A DNA stretch of 64,000 bases from a virus: IMG/VR virus record IMGVR_UViG_3300042464_000191, positions 7,624 to 71,623 of that record. The stretch is one strand, 5' to 3'. Below the pieces are notes generated by a model that saw only the letters and a list, made by a program, of their open reading frames with translations, was not told the origin of the DNA and did no database searches. Both the position numbers and the translations under genes were made by a program. Below, piece by piece: positions 9,187-17,230 of the stretch. Each line of letters opens with the position of its first letter. Within the stretch, counting starts at the first letter, position 1.

Positions 9187-10177
9187 TAACTCTGTAAAAA
9201 GATTGATATCTATGGCTAATAGTACCAAGCCAGAGAAGTTTAATATTTTGACATTTCCAACTCACGAAAGATATGAGTCTCAGCTTTGTAAAACAGGGCA
9301 TAATTTCTTCTCTTTCACGGTTCCAAATGCCAAGAAATGGAATACAAATCAATTAGCACCCCCAGAAAATTACTATAGTTTGCCAGAATCAAATCCTTGC
9401 GGGTTTCTAAATTACGACATGATTCTGGTGCAAAGTAAATTTTGGCAATTCCAAGTTGCTCAACAAATCAACCAGCAACTAAGTCTACCAATAATATGCT
9501 TAGAGCATACTTTACCAACCCCACAAACATTAAGTCAACAAAATATAGAAGCTATGAAAAACATGCTTGGAGATATTAATATTTTTATCTCAGAGTATTC
9601 CAAAAAGTCTTGGGGTGTTGAGTATAACTCTTTGGTGATTCATCACGGAATAGACTCAGAAACATTTGCTCCGCTTGACATAGAAAAGAAACCATATGTA
9701 TTAACGGTTGCTAATGATTTTGTTAATCGTGACTATTGTTTAAATTATTCTGGATGGAAGAGAGTAACAGACGGCCTTACCACTAGATTAGTTGGGGATA
9801 CAGATGGCCTGTCAAAATCAGCATCCTCAACAGAAGAACTGGTAAAAGAATATAATAGCTGCGGAGTATATTTTAATAGCTCCACACTTAGTCCAATACC
9901 AACATCTTTACTTGAAGCAATGTCTTGTGGGTGTGCTATTGTATCGACAGCCACCTGTATGATTCCAGAAATAATCACTAATGGTTATAATGGTTATATT
10001 TCTAATGACGAAGAAGAATTGAAAAAATATTTGCAGACTGTACTTAATGACGAAAAAGTGAGACAAGAGCTTGGGGCTAATGCGAGAAAGACTATTGTAG
10101 AGAGGTTCTCACAAGATAAGTTTCTTTCACAATGGAACGGTATATTCAATATGGTATATGAGGTTTCTACACGATGA
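9179..10177 (+). CDS. Glycosyltransferase, GT4-like
   Basis: VIHHGIDSETF, PTSLLEAMSCGCAIV, EIITNGYNGY, LGANARKTI. Confidence 0.9.
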   Translation: MINNSVKRLISMANSTKPEKFNILTFPTHERYESQLCKTGHNFFSFTVPNAKKWNTNQLAPPENYYSLPESNPCGFLNYDMILVQSKFWQFQVAQQINQQLSLPIICLEHTLPTPQTLSQQNIEAMKNMLGDINIFISEYSKKSWGVEYNSLVIHHGIDSETFAPLDIEKKPYVLTVANDFVNRDYCLNYSGWKRVTDGLTTRLVGDTDGLSKSASSTEELVKEYNSCGVYFNSSTLSPIPTSLLEAMSCGCAIVSTATCMIPEIITNGYNGYISNDEEELKKYLQTVLNDEKVRQELGANARKTIVERFSQDKFLSQWNGIFNMVYEVSTR

Positions 10178-10602
10178 ATATTCAAATTACAGAAAAACTA
10201 GATAAAACAATCGACGGGTTTGTAACTATTCCTATTCTATATGGTAAAATAGATCTTGGGGTTGTGCCAGACAACGCCGCATTTAATATAGTCGCGGCTA
10301 ATGCGTTAGATAGCATCCCGCATAATCTTCTAAATGAATTCGTCTCATCAGTTTGTAAAAAGATGAGATTTGGTGCTAGATTATTTTTAGGCGGCGTAGA
10401 GCTATCTTCTGTAGCAAGAGATGTAACAAGCGGAAAAATGCCTAGTGCAGCTTTTAATGAGCTTATCTTTACAAAACGTGGACTATATAATGTGAGGGAC
10501 ATTGTAGAGTTACTAGAATCACACGGATTAAATATTGAACAAGCAAACATACAAGGACATATTTATGAAATCACAGCTTCAAGACCGAAGGCTACAAACT
10601 AG
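10174..10602 (+). CDS. Small protein resembling a truncated or degenerate class I SAM methyltransferase
   Basis: PDNAAFNIVA..ALDSIP...KKMRFGARLFL resembles methyltransferase post-I motifs; no GxG motif I. Confidence 0.45.
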   Translation: MNIQITEKLDKTIDGFVTIPILYGKIDLGVVPDNAAFNIVAANALDSIPHNLLNEFVSSVCKKMRFGARLFLGGVELSSVARDVTSGKMPSAAFNELIFTKRGLYNVRDIVELLESHGLNIEQANIQGHIYEITASRPKATN

Positions 10603-11305
10603 TTGTAAAAGTTGCGTCTTTGCAACCTATGATGATAAAACGCAAGTTGGGTGCTTACACGAAAGAATAGAAAAATTTAGACCCAACGTTATAGAAGCGT
10701 ATGACGAAGAAAAAGAATTCTACGTCATTAATGGCCTATGCAATCTGTATCGTAATAGTAAATGGAATGATGGTGAACCAGATATCGATAAATCTATGGC
10801 CGAATCCAGCCTATCATTCGATTGTTTTATTGATTGCTCAAATATAAATGATGAAGCAACCGACACTATCATCAATTTTGTATCAAATGCAACATATTAT
10901 GATAAAAAGATAAACTGGTATTTGTTTCACCTAGACTCAGAAACTCAGGCGGTAAAGAATAATGTGCTACGTATTTTCATGAGCTTGCACAAAATTTCAC
11001 CGAAAATATCTGTTTGTATTCATAAAAGCATTTATCTAAACGAGTTTGTTACTAAATCGAATAGTACATATCATGCCGTATTAAATGCAACAAATATGCA
11101 TGATTTAGGCATCTTTACCTCTGTAAATAATGCAATAAATAGGGATATCAAAAAGTTCATTATAGGACACATACACAATACCGATTTCATATCGAATATA
11201 GCTTATAGAATAGAATTCATCAAGAATCAAAACATCGATTATTATGCTAACGTGAATAGTATAATAGAACAATCCAAAAATGTGGGGATGTATTTTGAAA
11301 TCTAA
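10565..11305 (+). CDS. Hypothetical protein with N-terminal Cys cluster (CKSC..C..C), possibly a degenerate GT-A-like domain
   Basis: Long ORF within an overlapped operon; AAGGA before ATG 10565. Confidence 0.6.
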   Translation: MKSQLQDRRLQTSCKSCVFATYDDKTQVGCLHERIEKFRPNVIEAYDEEKEFYVINGLCNLYRNSKWNDGEPDIDKSMAESSLSFDCFIDCSNINDEATDTIINFVSNATYYDKKINWYLFHLDSETQAVKNNVLRIFMSLHKISPKISVCIHKSIYLNEFVTKSNSTYHAVLNATNMHDLGIFTSVNNAINRDIKKFIIGHIHNTDFISNIAYRIEFIKNQNIDYYANVNSIIEQSKNVGMYFEI

Positions 11306-12056
11306 GATAAAAAGTAAACGAACGGTTGCTATCAAAAGAGGTCCGAAGGCGACCGTCGTTGATGCACCAGATTTAATTACTATTGTGCTATTGTGTGATT
11401 CACCGGGATATAGAATGAAATCTTACGGTGCGTTGCCTCTTATTGCAATTAATGAAAAATACAAACTGATAGATTTGCAGATACATGCTATTCAACAAGC
11501 ATTCAAAAATTTTGAAATTATACTGTGCATTGGATTTGATGCAGAAAAAATATGTAAATACGTGAGATCTAAGTATAATAAACTGAATATTCGTATAGTA
11601 GAGAATCAATTGTTTGAATCTTCTAATTCGTGCGAGTCTACCAGAGTAGCTATCAATAATACTTTTAACCATAAACTATTGATTTGTGATGGTAATCTAC
11701 TATTGAATAAGCAGGTGCTATCTTTAATAGATGACAAGGATTCATGCATATTGGTAGAAAACAAGCCATCAGACAACCTAGAAATTAAGGTTAATGTTGA
11801 TGATAAGCATCAAGCACAATATTTTTCATTTGGCGCTCATAGAACTTGGTCCGAAATAGTATTCCTAAATACTCAAGAATCGATAGAGATATTTAGAAAA
11901 TTTTTATCGTCACATGATAATAAAAATAAGTTTATATTTGAAGCATTAAATGAGCTTGTTAGATCCAGAGTATCTCTTAGATGCATATATAATGAAAATA
12001 CATTACACAAGATAAGCAACATTAAAACATATAGATCTATAAAGGAATTAACATGA
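11280..12056 (+). CDS. Nucleotidyltransferase-like protein (NTP_transferase/LicC-like)
   Basis: IVLL..PGYRMKSYG..PLI...LIDLQI...EIILCIGFDAEKI...IVEN..F...NS..S...LLICDGNL; signature motif is degenerate and the start is uncertain. Confidence 0.7.
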   Translation: MWGCILKSKIKSKRTVAIKRGPKATVVDAPDLITIVLLCDSPGYRMKSYGALPLIAINEKYKLIDLQIHAIQQAFKNFEIILCIGFDAEKICKYVRSKYNKLNIRIVENQLFESSNSCESTRVAINNTFNHKLLICDGNLLLNKQVLSLIDDKDSCILVENKPSDNLEIKVNVDDKHQAQYFSFGAHRTWSEIVFLNTQESIEIFRKFLSSHDNKNKFIFEALNELVRSRVSLRCIYNENTLHKISNIKTYRSIKELT

Positions 12057-12937
12057 AATTTGTCATATTGAATTACGGATCACGCACCCAAACAGAACCA
12101 TATTACTTGAATATGGCATTCAATCTTTTGGGAGGTTGTAAGTCTATGATATGGGATCCAAAAGAGGTAAGTGCTTATGATTTATTTGACACTGTTAAAC
12201 CAGACGTATTTATAACACATATTTCTGGAGTAACGACAGACGCTGTGTCCTACTTGAAAGAAAACAAGCACATACAAATGATTGTTAATATTACAGGTGG
12301 AAATGCAGCCGCAGTATCTTCTCTGGAACAAATATTTTTAGAAGCCAAGCTTAATTGTCCATTCTTTTTTCTCAACGGAGATTCCGCTACAGAATCTAAA
12401 AAAATCAAGGTTCTAAACCTAGGCTTTGGTAGCGATGTATTTTTAAATGAAGGATCTCTGAAGTATAATATAGAGAATGGAATTTTTGTGAGTGATTATA
12501 ATGAAATCAAATCGATTGGAAACACATACCACACCATTTCTTCTAAAGAAAAACTAGAAAGCAAGGTGGACATTGTATTGCCAATTACTCAACTTGCTAA
12601 CATCTACAAAAACTATAACAATTTTATTTTTAGATCGGGTTTTGAATTTATACCACAGGTTTTATTAGACGCAATTTTCTATGGAAATAGAGTCTGGTTC
12701 GATATAGATAGCGAAGAAGAAAGAAAGATAGTATCAGATAAAATAAAGAAGTCATTTAGAACAGATATGGACATAACTGATCCTAGTGGTATTGACCCAA
12801 CTCAACTTAAAAAGTGCGTTATAAAGAGACATACATGTTTGCATAAGGCCAAGTCTTTACTATCTCAGTTTTCATGCAAAGATCAACTTGGGGAACTTGA
12901 CAAATTAATAGAACTATACACAAAGGATAAAGTATGA
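12053..12937 (+). CDS. Hypothetical protein, possibly a degenerate GT-B-like protein
   Basis: 294-aa ORF with ATGA overlaps; KPDVFI and LLDAIFYG are reminiscent of GT-B motifs. Confidence 0.55.
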   Translation: MKFVILNYGSRTQTEPYYLNMAFNLLGGCKSMIWDPKEVSAYDLFDTVKPDVFITHISGVTTDAVSYLKENKHIQMIVNITGGNAAAVSSLEQIFLEAKLNCPFFFLNGDSATESKKIKVLNLGFGSDVFLNEGSLKYNIENGIFVSDYNEIKSIGNTYHTISSKEKLESKVDIVLPITQLANIYKNYNNFIFRSGFEFIPQVLLDAIFYGNRVWFDIDSEEERKIVSDKIKKSFRTDMDITDPSGIDPTQLKKCVIKRHTCLHKAKSLLSQFSCKDQLGELDKLIELYTKDKV

Positions 12938-13689
12938 GCGTAACAATGGTTATGAGCGGATTCAAAAGACCGCACACTTTACGAGAGCAATTCAACGCGA
13001 TCAAGAATCAAACATATCAAGATCTAGAAATTATTCTTTGGGTTAATCTAGTCGATGATTTAGCCAAATTTGATCCAGAAGTAATCAATTCTTGTAGAAG
13101 CATTATATCTAATTCTGATTACGGAAGCTGGGGAAGATTTTCAGCCGCACTAAATGCTAGAACGCAATATGTGTGCGTAATAGATGATGATACTATCCCC
13201 GGTAAAAAGTGGATAGAGAACTGCATGAATACTATGAAGACCCACGCTGGCGTATTAAGCACAAGGGGCGTATTAGCCCATAAGGAACACGATCTGACCT
13301 ATCCAGCACCAAAGAGCTATACAGCGATTGGTTGGTGTAATCCAAATGAAACCACCACTAGGGTAGACATGGGATGCCATTCATGGTTTTTTGAAAAAGT
13401 TTGGCTAAGAGCATTTTGGGCTGAGATGCCAGATGTTATCCCAATGAGATACGGTGAAGATACCCACCTATCATATGCTGTCAAAAAGCATTTTGGATTA
13501 AATACTTATGTTCCTCCACATCCAAAAGAAGATATGGATCTTTGGGGATCTATGCCAGATACTGCAATTAGATATGGCGAAGAGCCTGTAGCTATATCTA
13601 TGGATTATATGGCAAACGTTGGCATGAATCGTTATTGGAATTATGTTAGACAAAATGGATACAAGATAGTAGAGGAAGAACAATCATGA
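12934..13689 (+). CDS. Glycosyltransferase family 2 (GT-A)
   Basis: VTMVMSGFKRP..L..Q..AI.NQT, VCVIDDD (DxD), GEDTHLS. Confidence 0.88.
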   Translation: MSVTMVMSGFKRPHTLREQFNAIKNQTYQDLEIILWVNLVDDLAKFDPEVINSCRSIISNSDYGSWGRFSAALNARTQYVCVIDDDTIPGKKWIENCMNTMKTHAGVLSTRGVLAHKEHDLTYPAPKSYTAIGWCNPNETTTRVDMGCHSWFFEKVWLRAFWAEMPDVIPMRYGEDTHLSYAVKKHFGLNTYVPPHPKEDMDLWGSMPDTAIRYGEEPVAISMDYMANVGMNRYWNYVRQNGYKIVEEEQS

Positions 13690-14123
13690 ATATAGGGATT
13701 TATATAGACAGTTTATCAGACACAAAGCAACTTGAAGCTATAAATAACTTTGTTGCCAACTCGCTCCAGCATAATGGTGTTCACGATGTTAGCTTATTCT
13801 ATAACGGAATAGGGTTTAACCCATTTAACATCAAGTGCGGAATGTTTAATAGCACAGATTTGTGGAATTTCAAAGGTAAGTTAGTTGTATCCTCTTTAAA
13901 TTGTTTGGTTAGCTCCAAAAATATAGTCAATAATTTAGAACTATATTACTATTACGGATGGGAACAAAATATAAAGGTGCTGGATATTTTGCAGATTATG
14001 CAGGACAAAATACCTATTATATGTAGGTCAGTAGCGGATCAAGAGTTTATCTATAGGGTTACTGGTGTCAATCCACTCGCGGTTTCTAATAACTTCGACA
14101 ATTTACTGGAACACATATTATGA
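13686..14123 (+). CDS. Hypothetical protein
   Basis: 145-aa ORF with GAGG RBS and ATGA overlaps on both sides. Confidence 0.65.
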   Translation: MNIGIYIDSLSDTKQLEAINNFVANSLQHNGVHDVSLFYNGIGFNPFNIKCGMFNSTDLWNFKGKLVVSSLNCLVSSKNIVNNLELYYYYGWEQNIKVLDILQIMQDKIPIICRSVADQEFIYRVTGVNPLAVSNNFDNLLEHIL

Positions 14124-14887
14124 ATGCCGAAAAAATAGTAAGAATGTATGTTGAAGAGAACAAAAGTACATACGAAATTGCGGAGGCTATGGGAACTTAT
14201 CCAAATAAGATAAGACGTATTCTCATCAAGAACGGTGTGAATCTGAAAAATAAAAGTGAAGCACAAAAAAATGCCATCGAAAGCGGAAATGCAAAACATC
14301 CCACGTTGGGCAAAGAAAGAACTTATGAGGAAAAAATCAAGATCAGTTCTGGCTTAAAAAATTATTGGGAAAATATGGACGATGCGGAATACCAAAAGAA
14401 AATTAAGCAAGCAAAAAAACGATGGGAAGAAATGTCAGAGATTGATAAGAGCAATATGTTGGAGTCTGCTATCAAAAGCATTCAATTAGCTGGTAAAGAA
14501 GGATCAAAGTTAGAAAAGTTTATATACGAAGCCTTAGAAGCTAGCGGATATAAAGTAGATTATCATAAAAAATATCTTATCCAAAATGAAAATCTTGAAA
14601 TCGATATGTACGTGCCGTCGATCAAGACTATAATAGAAGTAGACGGACCATCCCACTTCTTGCCCATATGGGGAGAGGAAAAACTACAAAAACAAATCAA
14701 GGCAGATTTTCATAAAACTGGTTTGATTCTAAGCAAGGGTATGGTAATAGTCAGAATAAAACATTTAGCTGACTCCATGTGTTTGGCCGATAAAGAAAAA
14801 TTGAGGGTTGACATTCTGAAATGTTTGGATACAATCAAGAAGAAGTTTCCCAAAGAATCAGAAAGGTATATTGAGATAGAAACATGA
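14120..14887 (+). CDS. Free-standing Vsr/DUF559 (EDxHD)-like endonuclease with N-terminal HTH and NUMOD3-like segment
   Basis: STYEIAEAMG HTH; HPTLGKERTYEEKIKIS; SKLE...EIDMY...IIEVDGPSHF...D..K. Confidence 0.8.
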   Translation: MNAEKIVRMYVEENKSTYEIAEAMGTYPNKIRRILIKNGVNLKNKSEAQKNAIESGNAKHPTLGKERTYEEKIKISSGLKNYWENMDDAEYQKKIKQAKKRWEEMSEIDKSNMLESAIKSIQLAGKEGSKLEKFIYEALEASGYKVDYHKKYLIQNENLEIDMYVPSIKTIIEVDGPSHFLPIWGEEKLQKQIKADFHKTGLILSKGMVIVRIKHLADSMCLADKEKLRVDILKCLDTIKKKFPKESERYIEIET

Positions 14888-15654
14888 ATATGAATACAAT
14901 AGAAGTAACAGAAAACTTGTTTGAAGAAGTAGAACTTGCAACACCTAGTAATACAAATACCAAGACCAAAGACGTTATAAACTCTAATATGCCGTCTATG
15001 CTTTCGCCAGAATGGCATGATTATGCCATGACTTTGTTCCATGAATCAGAAATGGTTGATGGTCATCCTCTGGTTGCTGGTCTTCGTAGAGTATCAGAAG
15101 TTGTTTTAGGACCAATTGTTTTTAGTGGTCCGACTCAAGTATTCCCTGTGCAACGTGAAGATCATCACGGTCGTGCTACCGTGGTATTTACAGTAGAATT
15201 TGCTAACGGCATGAGATATTCCGAAGTAGCAGATTCTTGGGAGGGTAATACTGACGATATGTTCTGCGCTTTTGCCGTAGCTATTGCTAGCACAAGGGCA
15301 GAAGCTAGAGCTTTGAGAAAGGCACTTAAGATTAAGGGTGTCGCGGCAGAAGAACTCACAAAGAAAGATACTGCTAAGATTGTCCGTGATATTTCATCAA
15401 CAAAGACTAGCAGTGAAGGTGAATATAATGAGCAAAGCCGAATGAGTGATGCTCAACTAAACTTTATCGATGTTAAGTGTAAGCAGCTTAATATTGATGG
15501 ACAGAAACTATTTAAGCAATTTAATGCTGATAGTGCGAAGAAAGTATCTAAGAAAGTCGCTAGTGATATTATTGATGCTCTCAATGATTACCAGCGGGAC
15601 AAGAGTGTAATTCCAAAAGAAATCCTTGGCTACCAACAGGAGTGGCGTAATTAA
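14884..15654 (+). CDS. Rad52/Sak-like single-strand annealing protein
   Basis: ATVVFTVEF..G..YSEVAD...AIASTRAEARALRKAL; C-terminal SDAQL..I...SKKVASDIIDAL module. Confidence 0.6.
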   Translation: MNMNTIEVTENLFEEVELATPSNTNTKTKDVINSNMPSMLSPEWHDYAMTLFHESEMVDGHPLVAGLRRVSEVVLGPIVFSGPTQVFPVQREDHHGRATVVFTVEFANGMRYSEVADSWEGNTDDMFCAFAVAIASTRAEARALRKALKIKGVAAEELTKKDTAKIVRDISSTKTSSEGEYNEQSRMSDAQLNFIDVKCKQLNIDGQKLFKQFNADSAKKVSKKVASDIIDALNDYQRDKSVIPKEILGYQQEWRN

Positions 15655-15990
15655 ATGAAACTTACATATACTACAAAAAATGGCAGAATTACTGGAGAAA
15701 TTGAAGGAGAATCCCAAAAGGATCTATTTGCTGAACTAAGCAAGTTCCAAGAGGTCTTTGAAGAAGGGGTTTGTGGAAAATGTGGCTGCGACGATATCAA
15801 GTTTGTGGTCCGAACGGTCGATGATAATCAGTACTACGAGCTTCGCTGCTCTAAGTGTGGTGCTAGATTAGCATTTGGCGTTCACAAGAAGGGTGGCGGG
15901 CTTTTCCCAAAGCGTAAAGATAATGATGGCAAGTGGTTGCCAGACAACGGTTGGGTAAAGTGGAATCCTAAAACGGAGCAATCTGAATGA
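15655..15990 (+). CDS. Zinc-ribbon protein
   Basis: CGKC...CSKC pairs. Confidence 0.7.
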   Translation: MKLTYTTKNGRITGEIEGESQKDLFAELSKFQEVFEEGVCGKCGCDDIKFVVRTVDDNQYYELRCSKCGARLAFGVHKKGGGLFPKRKDNDGKWLPDNGWVKWNPKTEQSE

Positions 15991-16304
15991 CTAATTTAGT
16001 TAAGTATATTGTATTTGCCTGTATAATGTTTGTTATGGTAGATCAAGGATATGCACAGGAAACATATGTACAAAATAATTATGCGTATGTTTCTGCACCG
16101 GCTGTACCGCAGCCAGTTCCTTATCTACAAGTAATGGTGTACCAAGCACCATACTATACAGTAACGGTTCCTGTCGTGGTGAATCCGTTGGTAGCTGAAA
16201 CTAGGGTTGTTTGGGGATATCCCTATGTTCCAGTGACAGTTCCAGTACAACAATATAGGTACTGGGGATATGATAGGAGATGTTGGCCTCTGAATAGATA
16301 TTAA
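15987..16304 (+). CDS. Small secreted Tyr/Pro/Val-rich protein
   Basis: Signal-peptide-like N-terminus (MTNLVKYIVFACIMFVMVDQGYA|Q); low-complexity mature region. Confidence 0.65.
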   Translation: MTNLVKYIVFACIMFVMVDQGYAQETYVQNNYAYVSAPAVPQPVPYLQVMVYQAPYYTVTVPVVVNPLVAETRVVWGYPYVPVTVPVQQYRYWGYDRRCWPLNRY

Positions 16305-16317
16305 TAGAGGCTAAGAT

Positions 16318-16365
16318 AGTAATAGCCCGTGGGCCGCATATGTAGCCCACGGGTCTTACTGTTTT
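16318..16365. terminator. Likely bidirectional terminator between convergent blocks
   Basis: CCCGTGGGC (16326-16334) / GCCCACGGG (16345-16353) stem with flanking AGTAA/TTACT and T-rich tails. Confidence 0.75.
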
Positions 16366-16468
16366 ACCAACTTCTACCGTTAATTAAAAACCAAGATAAG
16401 AATCCAGCCAAGCCAAAAGCGGCTGCTGACATTGCTAGTATAAATAATCTTATATGCTTTTCTGGCAT
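16364..16468 (-). CDS. 34-aa single-transmembrane microprotein (absent from the ORF track)
   Basis: MPEKHIRLFILAMSAAAFGLAGFLSWFLINGRSW*; ATG overlaps the upstream stop as TAATG. Confidence 0.6.
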   Translation of the reverse strand: MPEKHIRLFILAMSAAAFGLAGFLSWFLINGRSW

Positions 16469-17184
16469 TATAGGTATTCTAAAGTAAAGTATAGACCGTA
16501 CTGAGTCTTACTTCCAACAGTGATTGGTTCCGAACTGAGAGCAACATACCAATCGTGTCTGGCGGATTGATGTAAACTGCCTTCTGTAGAAGTAAAGCCT
16601 AAACTGGTAGCTCCAGCGTCCTGAGTGTTTGTGTTCTTTCCGCTAGCACCGGGAGAGGCTGTAAATGCCATATCTGTCATAGCATCTACTGGATCAAATT
16701 CATACCAGCTAGTTTCTGATCTAGCTCTATGGCTTAAATTAAGAACAGACTGAACTGTGGCTGGATGTCTAGCTTCATAAACATATGTTACAACACCGCT
16801 AGCATGATTATTGATATTATTTCTATCAAATATTCTTAGGCGGCAGTTTTGAACACGTACTGGTTCTGAGTGTGTGAATCTAATATTAAGTGGGCATAGA
16901 TAATTGGGTAATTTATCTAGATCAACAGCACTAGCACTATTAACGCTGACTGTGCCTTTTGTATTTAGGTTTCCACTTGATGCCCAAGCTGTATTGTTGA
17001 GTCTTGGGCCTTCATTTGTACCAAGAGCATTGGTTACGAATGTTGTGGTTTGCTTGGCACCGATTGGTACTGAAATACCAAAACCGTTACCATAAAAGCC
17101 AACGCCGGAACCGGCTGAATGATTGATCAATTCGCCGTCGCCGCTCTGATCTTTAATATTAGCGTAAAATTTGAGTTCAGCCAT
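16468..17184 (-). CDS. Putative virion structural protein
   Basis: 238-aa beta-rich ORF with GGGAG RBS, preceded by the GTGTATA motif. Confidence 0.65.
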   Translation of the reverse strand: MAELKFYANIKDQSGDGELINHSAGSGVGFYGNGFGISVPIGAKQTTTFVTNALGTNEGPRLNNTAWASSGNLNTKGTVSVNSASAVDLDKLPNYLCPLNIRFTHSEPVRVQNCRLRIFDRNNINNHASGVVTYVYEARHPATVQSVLNLSHRARSETSWYEFDPVDAMTDMAFTASPGASGKNTNTQDAGATSLGFTSTEGSLHQSARHDWYVALSSEPITVGSKTQYGLYFTLEYL

Positions 17185-17219
17185 AAATTTCTCCCTATTT
17201 TAAGATAGTTCCACTATAT

Positions 17220-17230
17220 TATACACGAAA
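17220..17230 (-). promoter_or_regulatory. Candidate late promoter motif TTTCGTGTATA
   Basis: Same motif occurs upstream of four minus-strand genes. Confidence 0.6.
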
